17,068 nt of DNA from NCBI GenBank assembly GCA_003343845.1, contig QAKK01000040.1:1-17068 (forward strand), in the 5' to 3' direction. Numbering within the stretch: the stretch's first letter is position 1; the number at the start of each line of letters is the position of its first letter. Shown one piece after another: positions 1-6,904 of this stretch. The notes beneath the pieces were generated by a model that worked only from the letters and a program-made list of their open reading frames with translations, was not told the origin of the DNA and did no database searches. The translations under genes and the position numbers were made by a program. This DNA comes from Oscillospiraceae bacterium (GTDB lineage Bacteria; Bacillota; Clostridia; Oscillospirales; CAG-272).

Positions 1-7
1 CAAACGG

Positions 8-50
8 TTTTCAAGACCGCCTCGTTATGACCGCTTCGATACCTCTCCGT
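8..50. repeat. Copy 1 of a ~43-bp direct repeat (TTTTCAAGACCGCCTCGTTATGACCGCTTCGATAMCCYCTCCGT). It contains internal direct half-sites GACCGCYTCG spaced 14 bp apart.
   Basis: Read by eye: 8-50 is near-identical to 197-239 (2 mismatches). An internal tandem GACCGCCTCG / GACCGCTTCG sits inside each copy. Confidence 0.8.
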
Positions 51-196
51 ATATGAAACTGTCTTTCGACAGAAATCATCAGATATTCAATTGTTTTAGA
101 AATTCTTTTAGAAATGTGCTTTTGTGCTGCTGTCGGAGTGCCGAAAAAGTCAGGTGTTGCAAGGCTTTTCAAGGTTTTTGCGACCGCTGTGCTCGC

Positions 197-239
197 AAAT
201 TTTCAAGACCGCCTCGTTATGACCGCTTCGATAACCCTC
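197..239. repeat. Copy 2 of the ~43-bp direct repeat, 100 bp upstream of the promoter of the SPFH operon.
   Basis: Same sequence as 8-50. The AT-richer spacer between the copies contains the small palindrome CTGTCtttcGACAG (59-72) and a duplicated TTTTAGAAAT. Confidence 0.8.
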
Positions 240-337
240 CGTGACGATTACAACATCCAATATTTTAGCACACGCAGCGCGCGGTGTCAAGCAAATTCTT
301 TTTGCAGCAAAAAATGTAACTGCTGCTTGCGAAAAGG

Positions 338-366
338 TTGACATTTGTGCGTTTATCGGGTAGAAT
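338..366 (+). promoter_or_regulatory. Sigma-A-type promoter: TTGACA (338-343), 17-bp spacer, TAGAAT (361-366).
   Basis: Perfect -35 and near-consensus -10 with a 17-nt spacer. The TTG at 338 that opens the tracked ORF is the -35 hexamer itself. The predicted transcription start site is about 373. Confidence 0.7.
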
Positions 367-412
367 GAAAGCAAGAAACCCCCAATTTTTACAGAACAGC
401 GAGGTATTCACT

Positions 413-1681
413 ATGGGACTTATCAAAGCAGCAATGGGCGCCGTGGGCGGCGCGCTCGGCGATCAGTGGCTTGATGCCATTGAAGCGGATGACATGGGCG
501 ACACGACCGTCTTTACGCGCGGTGTCCTCATCAACCAAAGCAGCCGCTCCTCCAACAAGAAGGGAACGGAGAATGTCATCAGCGACGGCTCGGTCATTCA
601 CGTCTACCCCAACCAGTTCATGATGCTGGTCGAGGGCGGCAAGATCGTGGACTATACCGCAGAGGAAGGCTATTATAAGGTTGACAACCACGGCGCGCCC
701 TCGCTCTTCAACGGGCAGTTCGGTGACGCGCTGAAGGATGTCTGGGAGCGCTTCAAGTTCGGCGGCACGCCCTCCTATGCACAGAAGGCGTACTTCGTCA
801 ATCTCCAGGAGATCAAGGGCATCAAGTTCGGCACGCCGAATGCGGTCAACTATTTCGACAACTTCTACAATTCCGAGCTTTTCCTGCGTGCGCACGGTAC
901 ATATTCCATCAAGGTCACCGACCCGATCCTGTTCTATAAGGAAGCCATCCCGAAGAACAAAGACCGCGTGGAGATTGACGACATCAACGAGCAGTATCTC
1001 TCCGAGTTCCTGAACGCATTCTCGGCAGCGCTCAACAAGATGTCGGTGGACAACATCCGCATCTCGCACGTCGCCTCCAAGTCGGTTGAGCTTGCCAAGT
1101 ACATGGCAAACGAACTGGACGAAGACTGGAAGAAGATGCGCGGCTTTGAGGTGCAGGCGGTCGGTATCGCCAGCGTCTCCTACGACGAGGAGTCGAAGAA
1201 GCTCATCGAGATGCGCAATCAGGGCGCTATGCTCTCCGACCCCACGGTCCGCGAGGGCTATGTCCAGGGCTCGATCGCACGCGGTATGGAAGCTGCCGGC
1301 AGCAATGAGGGCGGCAGTGCGCAGGCGTTCATGGGCATGGGCATCGGCATGGGCGCGGCAGGCAACTTCATGGGTACTGCCAGCGAGACCAACCGTGCGC
1401 AGATGCAGCAGCAGGCGGCACAGGCGCAGCAGAACCAGACACCCGCAGCCGGCACATGGAAGTGCGCGTGCGGTGCAGAGAATACCGGCAAGTTCTGCCC
1501 GAGCTGCGGCGCGAAGAAGCCCGAGAACACGACCTGGAAGTGCGCATGCGGCGCAGAAAACACCGGAAAATTCTGCCCGAACTGCGGCGCGGCGCGCCCG
1601 GCAGCATGGACCTGCCCCGAGTGCGGCACCGAGAACAAGGGCAAGTTTTGCTCAAACTGCGGTCATAAATACGAGGGCTGA
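413..1681 (+). CDS. SPFH/Band-7 (stomatin/prohibitin-family) protein with a Gly/Met-rich linker and three C-terminal zinc-ribbon repeats. YdjI/COG4260-like.
   Basis: ATG 413 is preceded by GAGGT (400-404). The true start is downstream of the promoter, so the tracked 338 start is rejected. The N-terminus MGLIKAAMGAVGGALGDQWLD is typical of the Band_7_1 family. The C-terminus carries 3x CxCG-x7-KFCPxCG ribbons, as in B. subtilis YdjI (FCPNCG tail). The AFMGMGIGMGAAGNFMG low-complexity stretch resembles the Met/Gly-rich region of YdjI. Confidence 0.8.
   Translation: MGLIKAAMGAVGGALGDQWLDAIEADDMGDTTVFTRGVLINQSSRSSNKKGTENVISDGSVIHVYPNQFMMLVEGGKIVDYTAEEGYYKVDNHGAPSLFNGQFGDALKDVWERFKFGGTPSYAQKAYFVNLQEIKGIKFGTPNAVNYFDNFYNSELFLRAHGTYSIKVTDPILFYKEAIPKNKDRVEIDDINEQYLSEFLNAFSAALNKMSVDNIRISHVASKSVELAKYMANELDEDWKKMRGFEVQAVGIASVSYDEESKKLIEMRNQGAMLSDPTVREGYVQGSIARGMEAAGSNEGGSAQAFMGMGIGMGAAGNFMGTASETNRAQMQQQAAQAQQNQTPAAGTWKCACGAENTGKFCPSCGAKKPENTTWKCACGAENTGKFCPNCGAARPAAWTCPECGTENKGKFCSNCGHKYEG
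1454..1678 (+). repeat. Three tandem ~72-78-bp coding repeats, each encoding one zinc-ribbon unit (TWKCACGAENTGKFCPxCG).
   Basis: Units 1454-1531 and 1532-1603 are about 85% identical at DNA level. The third unit (1604-1678) is more diverged (TCPECGTENKGKFCSNCG). Confidence 0.85.
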
Positions 1682-1683
1682 CG

Positions 1684-2769
1684 ATGGCGGTTGTCAGTTA
1701 TAAATGCCCGTGCTGCGGCGCGGGCATCGCCTTCGACTCGGAAAAGCAGCTGTTCAAATGCGAATACTGCCTCTCCGAGTTCACGCAGGAACAGCTTGAG
1801 GCGCAGACGCCGAAGGTCGATCCCGTCGAAGAGGAACGTACCTCCAAGGCGGACAGCGATGAATTCTGCGAAAAGCTGCTCTCCTATACCTGCAACAACT
1901 GCGGCGCGGAGGTCTTCGCCGATGCGGACACCGTGGCGGACTTTTGCTATTACTGCCACAATCCGGTCGTCTGCGACGGTCGTCTGTCCGGGCAGCTGAA
2001 GCCGAACAAGATCATCCCGTTTGCGTTCGACAAGGCGGAGGCGGAGAAACGCTTTCTTACTTTCGCACGGAAGAAGAAATTCGTCCCGAAAGACTTCTTT
2101 TCCGCAGAGCATGCGGATCAGATCCGCGGCGTGTATTTCCCGTTTTGGCTGACCGATGCCGATGTTTCGGCGCGTCTCTCCGCCAAGGCGCAGAAGGTGC
2201 GCACCTGGACGACCGGCGACAAGCAGTACACAGAGACCTCGCACTATGCGCTGTTCCGCGCAGGCGACATCCACTTTGAGGATGTGACCACGGCGGCGTA
2301 CAGCGCGGAGAACAAGCAGATGCTTGAGGGCATTCTGCCGTTCCCGTCGGATGCGCTGCGCGATTTCTCCATGCCGTATCTCTCGGGCTTTCTTGCCAAA
2401 AAGCGCAATATCGAGCACGAGAGCATCGCAGCCGAGGTCAAGCAGCGGATCAACGGCTATTCCGAACAGCTGCTGATGAAGACGACGGACGGCTACACCT
2501 CGGTGCAGCCGAGCGGCACGCAGACCGATATGAATTCGCTTGCGTGGGACTACGCGCTGATGCCGATCTGGATCCTGACCTATGTTCAAAAGAAGAAGGG
2601 CAAGGAAAAGATCTATACTTATGCGCTCAACGGGCATACCGGCAAGATTTACGGGGAACTGCCGATCAGCGCAGGCAGACTGTTCGGTCTGTTTGCGGGG
2701 CTCGCCGCGGGAATCACATTCGTCTGGACGCTTGTGCAGACGCTGATGGGAGGGTTTCTGTGGTGGTAA
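1684..2769 (+). CDS. Tail-anchored membrane protein with two N-terminal zinc ribbons (YdjG-like), translationally coupled to the upstream SPFH gene.
   Basis: ATG 1684 lies 2 nt after the upstream TGA. GAGGG sits 7 nt upstream. Motifs are CPCCG-x15-CEYC and CNNCG-x14-CYYC. There is a single C-terminal transmembrane helix LFGLFAGLAAGITFVWTLVQTLMGGFLWW. Confidence 0.75.
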   Translation: MAVVSYKCPCCGAGIAFDSEKQLFKCEYCLSEFTQEQLEAQTPKVDPVEEERTSKADSDEFCEKLLSYTCNNCGAEVFADADTVADFCYYCHNPVVCDGRLSGQLKPNKIIPFAFDKAEAEKRFLTFARKKKFVPKDFFSAEHADQIRGVYFPFWLTDADVSARLSAKAQKVRTWTTGDKQYTETSHYALFRAGDIHFEDVTTAAYSAENKQMLEGILPFPSDALRDFSMPYLSGFLAKKRNIEHESIAAEVKQRINGYSEQLLMKTTDGYTSVQPSGTQTDMNSLAWDYALMPIWILTYVQKKKGKEKIYTYALNGHTGKIYGELPISAGRLFGLFAGLAAGITFVWTLVQTLMGGFLWW

Positions 2770-3623
2770 AAAAGAGATTTTGCATTCCGGTGCTTGCTCT
2801 TGCACTGGCGCTTGCCCTCTCGGTCTTCGTCGGCGCATATGATTTCAACTATGTGATCGACGATGCCGAACTGCTGACCGCAGACGAAAAAGCCGATGTC
2901 GAAGCCTACTATGACCGCATCTATACCGAGGATCATCTGCTGCTTGTGTTTGTCACGGCATACGGCAAGGGCGATGTGCTCTCCGCGCTGCCGGGTTATG
3001 CGGGCGGCGCTGTGGACGCAGGCGGCGCTACAGATATGCTGCTCCTTTATGTGGATATGGATGCGCGGCATTTTGACCTCTATCAGTACAACGGCGTTTC
3101 CGGCGAATCTGCATTCCGCATCAATTCGAGCGAGACCGATACCATTCTCGATGCCGTGCTGGACTATGCCGCCGACGGCGAATGGTACGATGCGGCGCTC
3201 TGCTTCGCGGACGAGAGTCTTCCCGCGTTCACCAACGATGCAAACTTCATTTCCGGCGAGGATCACTACGGCGACGAGGGCTATCAGAAATACGAAAAGC
3301 CCGAAGGACCCGTGACATGGCAGTATAAGCTCTCGCTGATCGGCGGTATCGCCATCGGCGCTCTGCCGATCGCGCTGGTCATTTCGCTGATCGTCACGCT
3401 GATTGTGCTGGCGTCCTACAAGAAGAAGGTGCGCGGCGCGACCTACCCGCTTGAAGCCTTCACCAAGGTGAACATCACAAATTCACAGGATAACTTCATC
3501 AACAAGACGCTCACGGTCACGACCATCCATCGTGACAACGACAGCGGCGGTTCTTCCGGCGGAAGCAGCGGCGGAGGAGGCGGCGGTGGCGGCGGCGGCC
3601 ACATGGGCGGTCGCTCCTTCTGA
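2763..3623 (+). CDS. TPM-domain (TLP18.3/Psb32/YgcG-like) protein with signal peptide, C-terminal transmembrane helix and Gly/Ser-rich tail.
   Basis: A GTG start (2760 or 2763) overlaps the upstream stop (GTGGTGGTAA), and GGGAGGG lies 5-8 nt upstream. There is a signal peptide VKKRFCIPVLALALALALSVFVGA and a TPM core (VIDDAELLTADEKADVEAYYDRIYTEDHLLLVFVTAYG). The protein also has a transmembrane segment LIGGIAIGALPIALVISLIVTLIVL and a tail SGGSSGGSSGGGGGGGGGGHMGGRSF. The start coordinate is uncertain by +/-3 nt. Confidence 0.75.
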   Translation: MVKKRFCIPVLALALALALSVFVGAYDFNYVIDDAELLTADEKADVEAYYDRIYTEDHLLLVFVTAYGKGDVLSALPGYAGGAVDAGGATDMLLLYVDMDARHFDLYQYNGVSGESAFRINSSETDTILDAVLDYAADGEWYDAALCFADESLPAFTNDANFISGEDHYGDEGYQKYEKPEGPVTWQYKLSLIGGIAIGALPIALVISLIVTLIVLASYKKKVRGATYPLEAFTKVNITNSQDNFINKTLTVTTIHRDNDSGGSSGGSSGGGGGGGGGGHMGGRSF

Positions 3624-3637
3624 GTCTCAAAGCCAAA

Positions 3638-3676
3638 TAAAAAATCCGACAGTCGATCGACTGTCGGATTTTTTAT
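3638..3676. terminator. Bidirectional rho-independent terminator.
   Basis: Perfect 12-bp stem TCCGACAGTCGA/TCGACTGTCGGA (3645-3668) is flanked by an A-run on the left and TTTTTTATTT on the right. It serves the + operon ending at 3623 and the minus mntP gene ending at 3692. Confidence 0.85.
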
Positions 3677-3691
3677 TTGATGGAAACGGAT

Positions 3692-4255
3692 TCAGCCGCC
3701 GAGGACGCCGAGGTGCTCCAGCAGAATCTTCACACCCATTGCGACGAGGATAATGCCGCCGACCAGCTCCGCCTTTGACTTGTACTTTGCGCCGAAGACA
3801 TTGCCGATTTTGACGCCGACGGCGGAGAGAATAAAGGTGACCGCGCCGATAAAGGAGACGGCGGGGCCGATGTCCACCTGCAAAAAGGCAAACGAGATGC
3901 CGACGGCAAGTGCATCAATGCTGGTGGCAACCGCCATCGTCAGCATGGTCTTCACGCCGAAGTCGGGCGTTTGCTCCTCGGCGGGGTGGCGGGATTCGAG
4001 AATCATGTTCACACCGATGACGCCGAGCAGGACGAAGGCGATCCAGTGATCGACTGCGGTGATGTACTGTTCAAACTGACGGCCGAGCAGGTAGCCGATG
4101 GCAGGCATCAGCGCCTGAAAACCGCCGAAATACAAACCGACGATCAGCATATGCTTCGGCTGTAACTTCTGCACGGAGAGTCCCTTGCAGATCGAGACGG
4201 CGAAGGCATCCATGGAGAGACCGATGGCGAGGACGAAAAGGTCTAAAGGTGACAT
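3692..4255 (-). CDS. mntP: Manganese efflux pump MntP (DUF204 family).
   Basis: The N-terminus [22 protein letters not shown] is the MntP signature. The protein has 6 predicted transmembrane segments. RBS GGAGG lies immediately upstream, and the gene starts 12 nt after the luxS stop. Confidence 0.85.
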   Translation of the reverse strand: MSPLDLFVLAIGLSMDAFAVSICKGLSVQKLQPKHMLIVGLYFGGFQALMPAIGYLLGRQFEQYITAVDHWIAFVLLGVIGVNMILESRHPAEEQTPDFGVKTMLTMAVATSIDALAVGISFAFLQVDIGPAVSFIGAVTFILSAVGVKIGNVFGAKYKSKAELVGGIILVAMGVKILLEHLGVLGG

Positions 4256-4267
4256 GGATAAGCCTCC

Positions 4268-4747
4268 TTATTTCGGATAGACACGCCGTGCCTCGGTGAA
4301 GTCGCCGAGCACTTCGATGCGGTATCTTGCAATGTAGTATTTCGCCATGCCGAGGTTGAGGTCAAGGTAGTTGCCGCAGTCGCGCGGCGACGCACCCGGG
4401 ATCGTCCCCTCATAGGCAAGGATGAAGTCGCACATGTTCTTCACACAGTCGTAGATGTCGAGCGGCTCAAGCTCTCCGGCAAAGAGGATGTAGAAGCCGG
4501 TGCGGCAGCCCATCGGACCGAAATAGATCGTCTTGTCCTTCCAGTCGGGATCGTTGCGCAGAAAAGTCGCGCCGAGATGCTCGATGGCGTGGAGCGCGGC
4601 GGTCTCGATGACCGGCTCTGTGTTCGGGCGGGTCACGCGCATGTCAAAGGTGGTGACGGTCTCGCTGCCGATTCTGTCCCGGCGCGAAACATACAGCCCG
4701 GGGAGCAGATCCAGGTGGTTAACGGTGAAGCTCGCAATCTTCTCCAT
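4268..4747 (-). CDS. luxS: S-ribosylhomocysteine lyase (AI-2 synthase) LuxS.
   Basis: Zn-binding motif HAIEHL and GPMGCRTGFY. The 159-aa length fits clostridial LuxS. Confidence 0.9.
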   Translation of the reverse strand: MEKIASFTVNHLDLLPGLYVSRRDRIGSETVTTFDMRVTRPNTEPVIETAALHAIEHLGATFLRNDPDWKDKTIYFGPMGCRTGFYILFAGELEPLDIYDCVKNMCDFILAYEGTIPGASPRDCGNYLDLNLGMAKYYIARYRIEVLGDFTEARRVYPK

Positions 4748-4786
4748 ACAGAAAATCCTTTCGTTTTTGCATTACGCGGATTTAAT

Positions 4787-4815
4787 ATTATAGCACGGCT
4801 TTCGTAAAAATGCAA
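4787..4815 (-). promoter_or_regulatory. Consensus promoter for luxS-mntP (minus strand): TTGCAT, 17-bp spacer, TATAAT.
   Basis: On the minus strand the -35 is at 4810-4815 and the -10 at 4787-4792. A ~35-nt leader precedes the AAAGGA RBS. Confidence 0.7.
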
Positions 4816-4831
4816 GAAAAAGTATGCATGA

Positions 4832-4864
4832 CACGAAAAAAGACATTGCCGCGGCAATGTCTTC
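4832..4864 (-). terminator. Rho-independent terminator for the minus-strand XRE-regulator operon.
   Basis: 22-bp perfect palindrome AGACATTGCCGCGGCAATGTCT (4841-4862), followed on the minus strand by a T-run (complement of the A6 at 4835-4840). Confidence 0.75.
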
Positions 4865-4923
4865 AAGCCTTCCCCCAATGGAAGCCTAAAAACGCATGGT
4901 GTCTCGTATTACTTTTCACCGCC

Positions 4924-5361
4924 TCATTTCCAGTGCTTCAGGTTCGGCACGACCGCCTCCATATGCGCGCGCACCTGCTCGGCAGGCCATGCTTCGCTTG
5001 CCATATGCTTGGTGCAGAAGTCAATCAGTTCTTCTTTGGATTGATACTTGAAAGTGCCGTCCGCGTAGCACCACTTGCAGTAGTCCTCGTTGAAGTCGCC
5101 GTTTGGCTCGTGGCTGGTGGTGGCGTCCTCCAGCGGCATGCCGCAGCACTGGCAGATGAGCTGCCGCGGTGCGCCGAGCAGTGTGTTGATCGAGACGTCA
5201 TACACGCGGGACAGGAGCTTCAGCGTCTCGGTGCTCGGCACGGTCTCGCCGGTCTCCCAGCGGGAAACGGCTTGTCTTGTGACAAACACCTTTTCGGCAA
5301 GCTTCTCCTGCGAGAGCCCGTTCTTTTGGCGAAGTTCGAGAAGAATATCTTTTGTTTCCAT
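4924..5361 (-). CDS. XRE-family HTH transcriptional regulator with a C-terminal zinc-ribbon domain.
   Basis: Start METKDILLELRQ (ATG 5359-5361) with GGAGGA 8 nt upstream. The longer tracked start at 5415 lacks an RBS. The HTH_3 motif is LSQEKLAEKVFVTRQAVSRWETGE. The C-terminal segment reads CQCCG...DYCKWCYADG. Confidence 0.75.
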   Translation of the reverse strand: METKDILLELRQKNGLSQEKLAEKVFVTRQAVSRWETGETVPSTETLKLLSRVYDVSINTLLGAPRQLICQCCGMPLEDATTSHEPNGDFNEDYCKWCYADGTFKYQSKEELIDFCTKHMASEAWPAEQVRAHMEAVVPNLKHWK

Positions 5362-5425
5362 TGTTTTGTCCTCCGTGGTTTCAGCGTAACACAAATTCGC
5401 CGCATTTGCAAGCAACTGTCGGTTG

Positions 5426-6136
5426 CTATCTGATTTTCAGCGTGCGGAGATACGCTTTCTGCGCGTCGGTGATGCGGTAGCTTTCGACTGCTTTCTGAAT
5501 CGTCTTGTTGTGCGTCCACTCGTCGAGGCGGCGGTTCTCGATATAGGGCAGGATCGCGTCGTATTGCTTGGCGAGCGCCGTGGCAAAGTACCAGGCGATC
5601 ATCATGTTGATGTAGTAAGCATCCGAGCGGAGTTCCGCCACGGCGTCCGGATACGCGGTTGAAAACCGCGTATCGAGAAAGTGCCGCATCAGCGTTTCAA
5701 TGCCGAAACGCACCGTGTATGTGCGGTCGCTTGCCAGCCATGCTTCCACATGGTCGAGCAGCACATCGGGCTTCAGAATCAGCGCACGCGGCGAAGTGCC
5801 GTCGCAGGTTGCCCAGTTGTCGATATACGGCAAAAACCGCTCGGTGGCGGCGAGGCAGGCATCAAAGTCGCGGATAGAATCGAGCAGAAAACCGTGCAGA
5901 TTGTTTTCTTCATAATAGATATGCGGCAGCTCCGCGAGAAACGCGTCGGCGGTGGGCGTACCGCGCAGCTCTTTTGCCAGCGCCCGCAGGTGCGGTACGC
6001 GCACGCCGATGATTCGCTCTCGCGGGACGCCCGGCATCAGCCCGGCTTGAAAATCGCCGTAGGCAGGGTCAGTCAGCGCAAAAAGCCGCGCACGGATGTC
6101 GGCGACGGTTTGCAAATCGGTTTCGCGGCGCGTCAC
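5426..6136 (-). CDS. DNA alkylation repair protein (AlkD-like HEAT-repeat DNA glycosylase family, PF08713-like).
   Basis: ~236-aa all-helical protein. Motifs (YGDFQAGLMPGV, IIGVRVPHLRALAKEL, YIDNWATCDG, ENRRLDEWTHNKTIQKA) match the AlkC/AlkD family by recollection. A GTG start overlaps the upstream TGA (GTGA). Confidence 0.6.
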   Translation of the reverse strand: MTRRETDLQTVADIRARLFALTDPAYGDFQAGLMPGVPRERIIGVRVPHLRALAKELRGTPTADAFLAELPHIYYEENNLHGFLLDSIRDFDACLAATERFLPYIDNWATCDGTSPRALILKPDVLLDHVEAWLASDRTYTVRFGIETLMRHFLDTRFSTAYPDAVAELRSDAYYINMMIAWYFATALAKQYDAILPYIENRRLDEWTHNKTIQKAVESYRITDAQKAYLRTLKIR

Positions 6137-6780
6137 AGGTCTTTACCTCTGCCGAATGCGGCAATGTGTGCGTCCAGCGCCTCAAAGAAGGCGGTCAGCT
6201 GCTGCCCGCCGACCAGCGCGTGGTTGACTTGCACCGAAAACGGCAGCAGCACGCGGTCGCCCTCTGCAAAATACTTGCCGAACATAAACCGCGGGTTGCT
6301 GTCGGCAGGGTAGGGCGTCGGCTGCACAAACGAGGTGAATGTGATCCCCGGCATAGTCGAGACGAAAAACAGGCTCTCGGCATCGGCGGCGGATTCTGTC
6401 ATGGATGCTGCACGTTTGGCTGCTTCCTGTGTCTGCATAGCCGCAGGAAGGAAGACGTCAAACGGGCAGTCGGCGCGGAGCATGCAGTAGCAGTAGCGCC
6501 CGTCGCCGAGTGAGACGGTGTGCGAGGTCGGGCAGTTGTCATATTCGACGATGCCGTCCGCGCGCAGGCGCTGGCGGAATGCCGCGATGTTGTTTGCAGC
6601 GCGGGAAGTCACATAGAGCAGGGAAAGGAAGAACGGCAGCCCCTCCGCGCGCACACGCGCGTGCAGCGGTGTGATGTCGGCGTTCACGGTCACGCCGACA
6701 TACGGGTAGGCAAGCGAGCGGAAATAGTTGTATTCGTCGAGCCGCGCATAGGCGGTCATGTCCAGCAGGTGATAGCCCAT
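6133..6780 (-). CDS. cat: Chloramphenicol O-acetyltransferase (CAT, type-A) family protein.
   Basis: Strong by-eye alignment to [32 protein letters not shown] aligns with [26 protein letters not shown], and the catalytic His195 equivalent is conserved. [14 protein letters not shown] aligns with the Ser148 region, and LDEYNYFR with REHFEFY at the N-terminus. RBS AGAAGGTG. Confidence 0.8.
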   Translation of the reverse strand: [215 protein letters not shown]

Positions 6781-6812
6781 AAAGCACCTTCTCTTTTCGG
6801 AAAGTATACTTT

Positions 6813-6841
6813 ATTTTACCATGTATGCGAAAATGAGGCAA
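6813..6841 (-). promoter_or_regulatory. Promoter of the cat-alkD-XRE operon (minus strand): TTGCCT, 17-bp spacer, TGgTAAAAT (extended -10).
   Basis: On the minus strand the -35 is at 6836-6841 and the -10 at 6813-6818. It sits back-to-back with the GH43 promoter. Confidence 0.6.
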
Positions 6842-6847
6842 TAGGGC

Positions 6848-6876
6848 TTGCATATTTTTCCGCCGTATGATAGAAT
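6848..6876 (+). promoter_or_regulatory. Promoter of the GH43 gene: TTGCAT, 17-bp spacer, TGaTAGAAT (extended -10).
   Basis: -35 at 6848-6853 and -10 at 6871-6876. RBS GGGAGGA is at 6894-6900. Confidence 0.65.
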
Positions 6877-6904
6877 GAAACCATAAAACTTCCGGGAGGA
6901 CAAT

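Noticed and set aside
1-340. Possible CRISPR array or IS terminal repeats, suggested by the duplicated 43-mer.
   Set aside because: There are only two copies 189 bp apart. The spacing does not match a repeat-spacer array (28-37-bp repeats with 30-40-bp spacers), and there are no adjacent cas or transposase genes. The intervening DNA is an AT-rich non-coding leader.
53-374. Small tracked ORFs 53..244, 114..341 and 150..374 in the upstream leader.
   Set aside because: There is no RBS. The composition is AT-rich and non-coding, and they overlap the repeat elements and the promoter. They are most likely spurious.
338-412. The tracked TTG start at 338 for the SPFH gene.
   Set aside because: TTG 338-340 is the first half of the TTGACA -35 hexamer of the gene's own promoter. 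ATG 413 with GAGGT 8 nt upstream is the plausible start.
389-2838. Antisense ORFs 389..1069(-), 1258..1644(-), 1368..1655(-) and 1663..2838(-).
   Set aside because: These are high-GC antisense shadows of the SPFH and Zn-ribbon genes, with low-complexity R/A/L/V-rich translations, no RBS and no domain signatures.
3530-3600. GGC/GGT-rich run that could be read as a simple-sequence repeat or low-complexity artefact.
   Set aside because: It is in frame and encodes the Gly/Ser-rich C-terminal tail characteristic of TPM/YgcG-family proteins.
4810-5433. The + ORF 4810..5433 (207 aa) spanning the terminator and the XRE gene.
   Set aside because: It crosses a strong terminator palindrome and is antisense to the HTH gene. 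It has no RBS.
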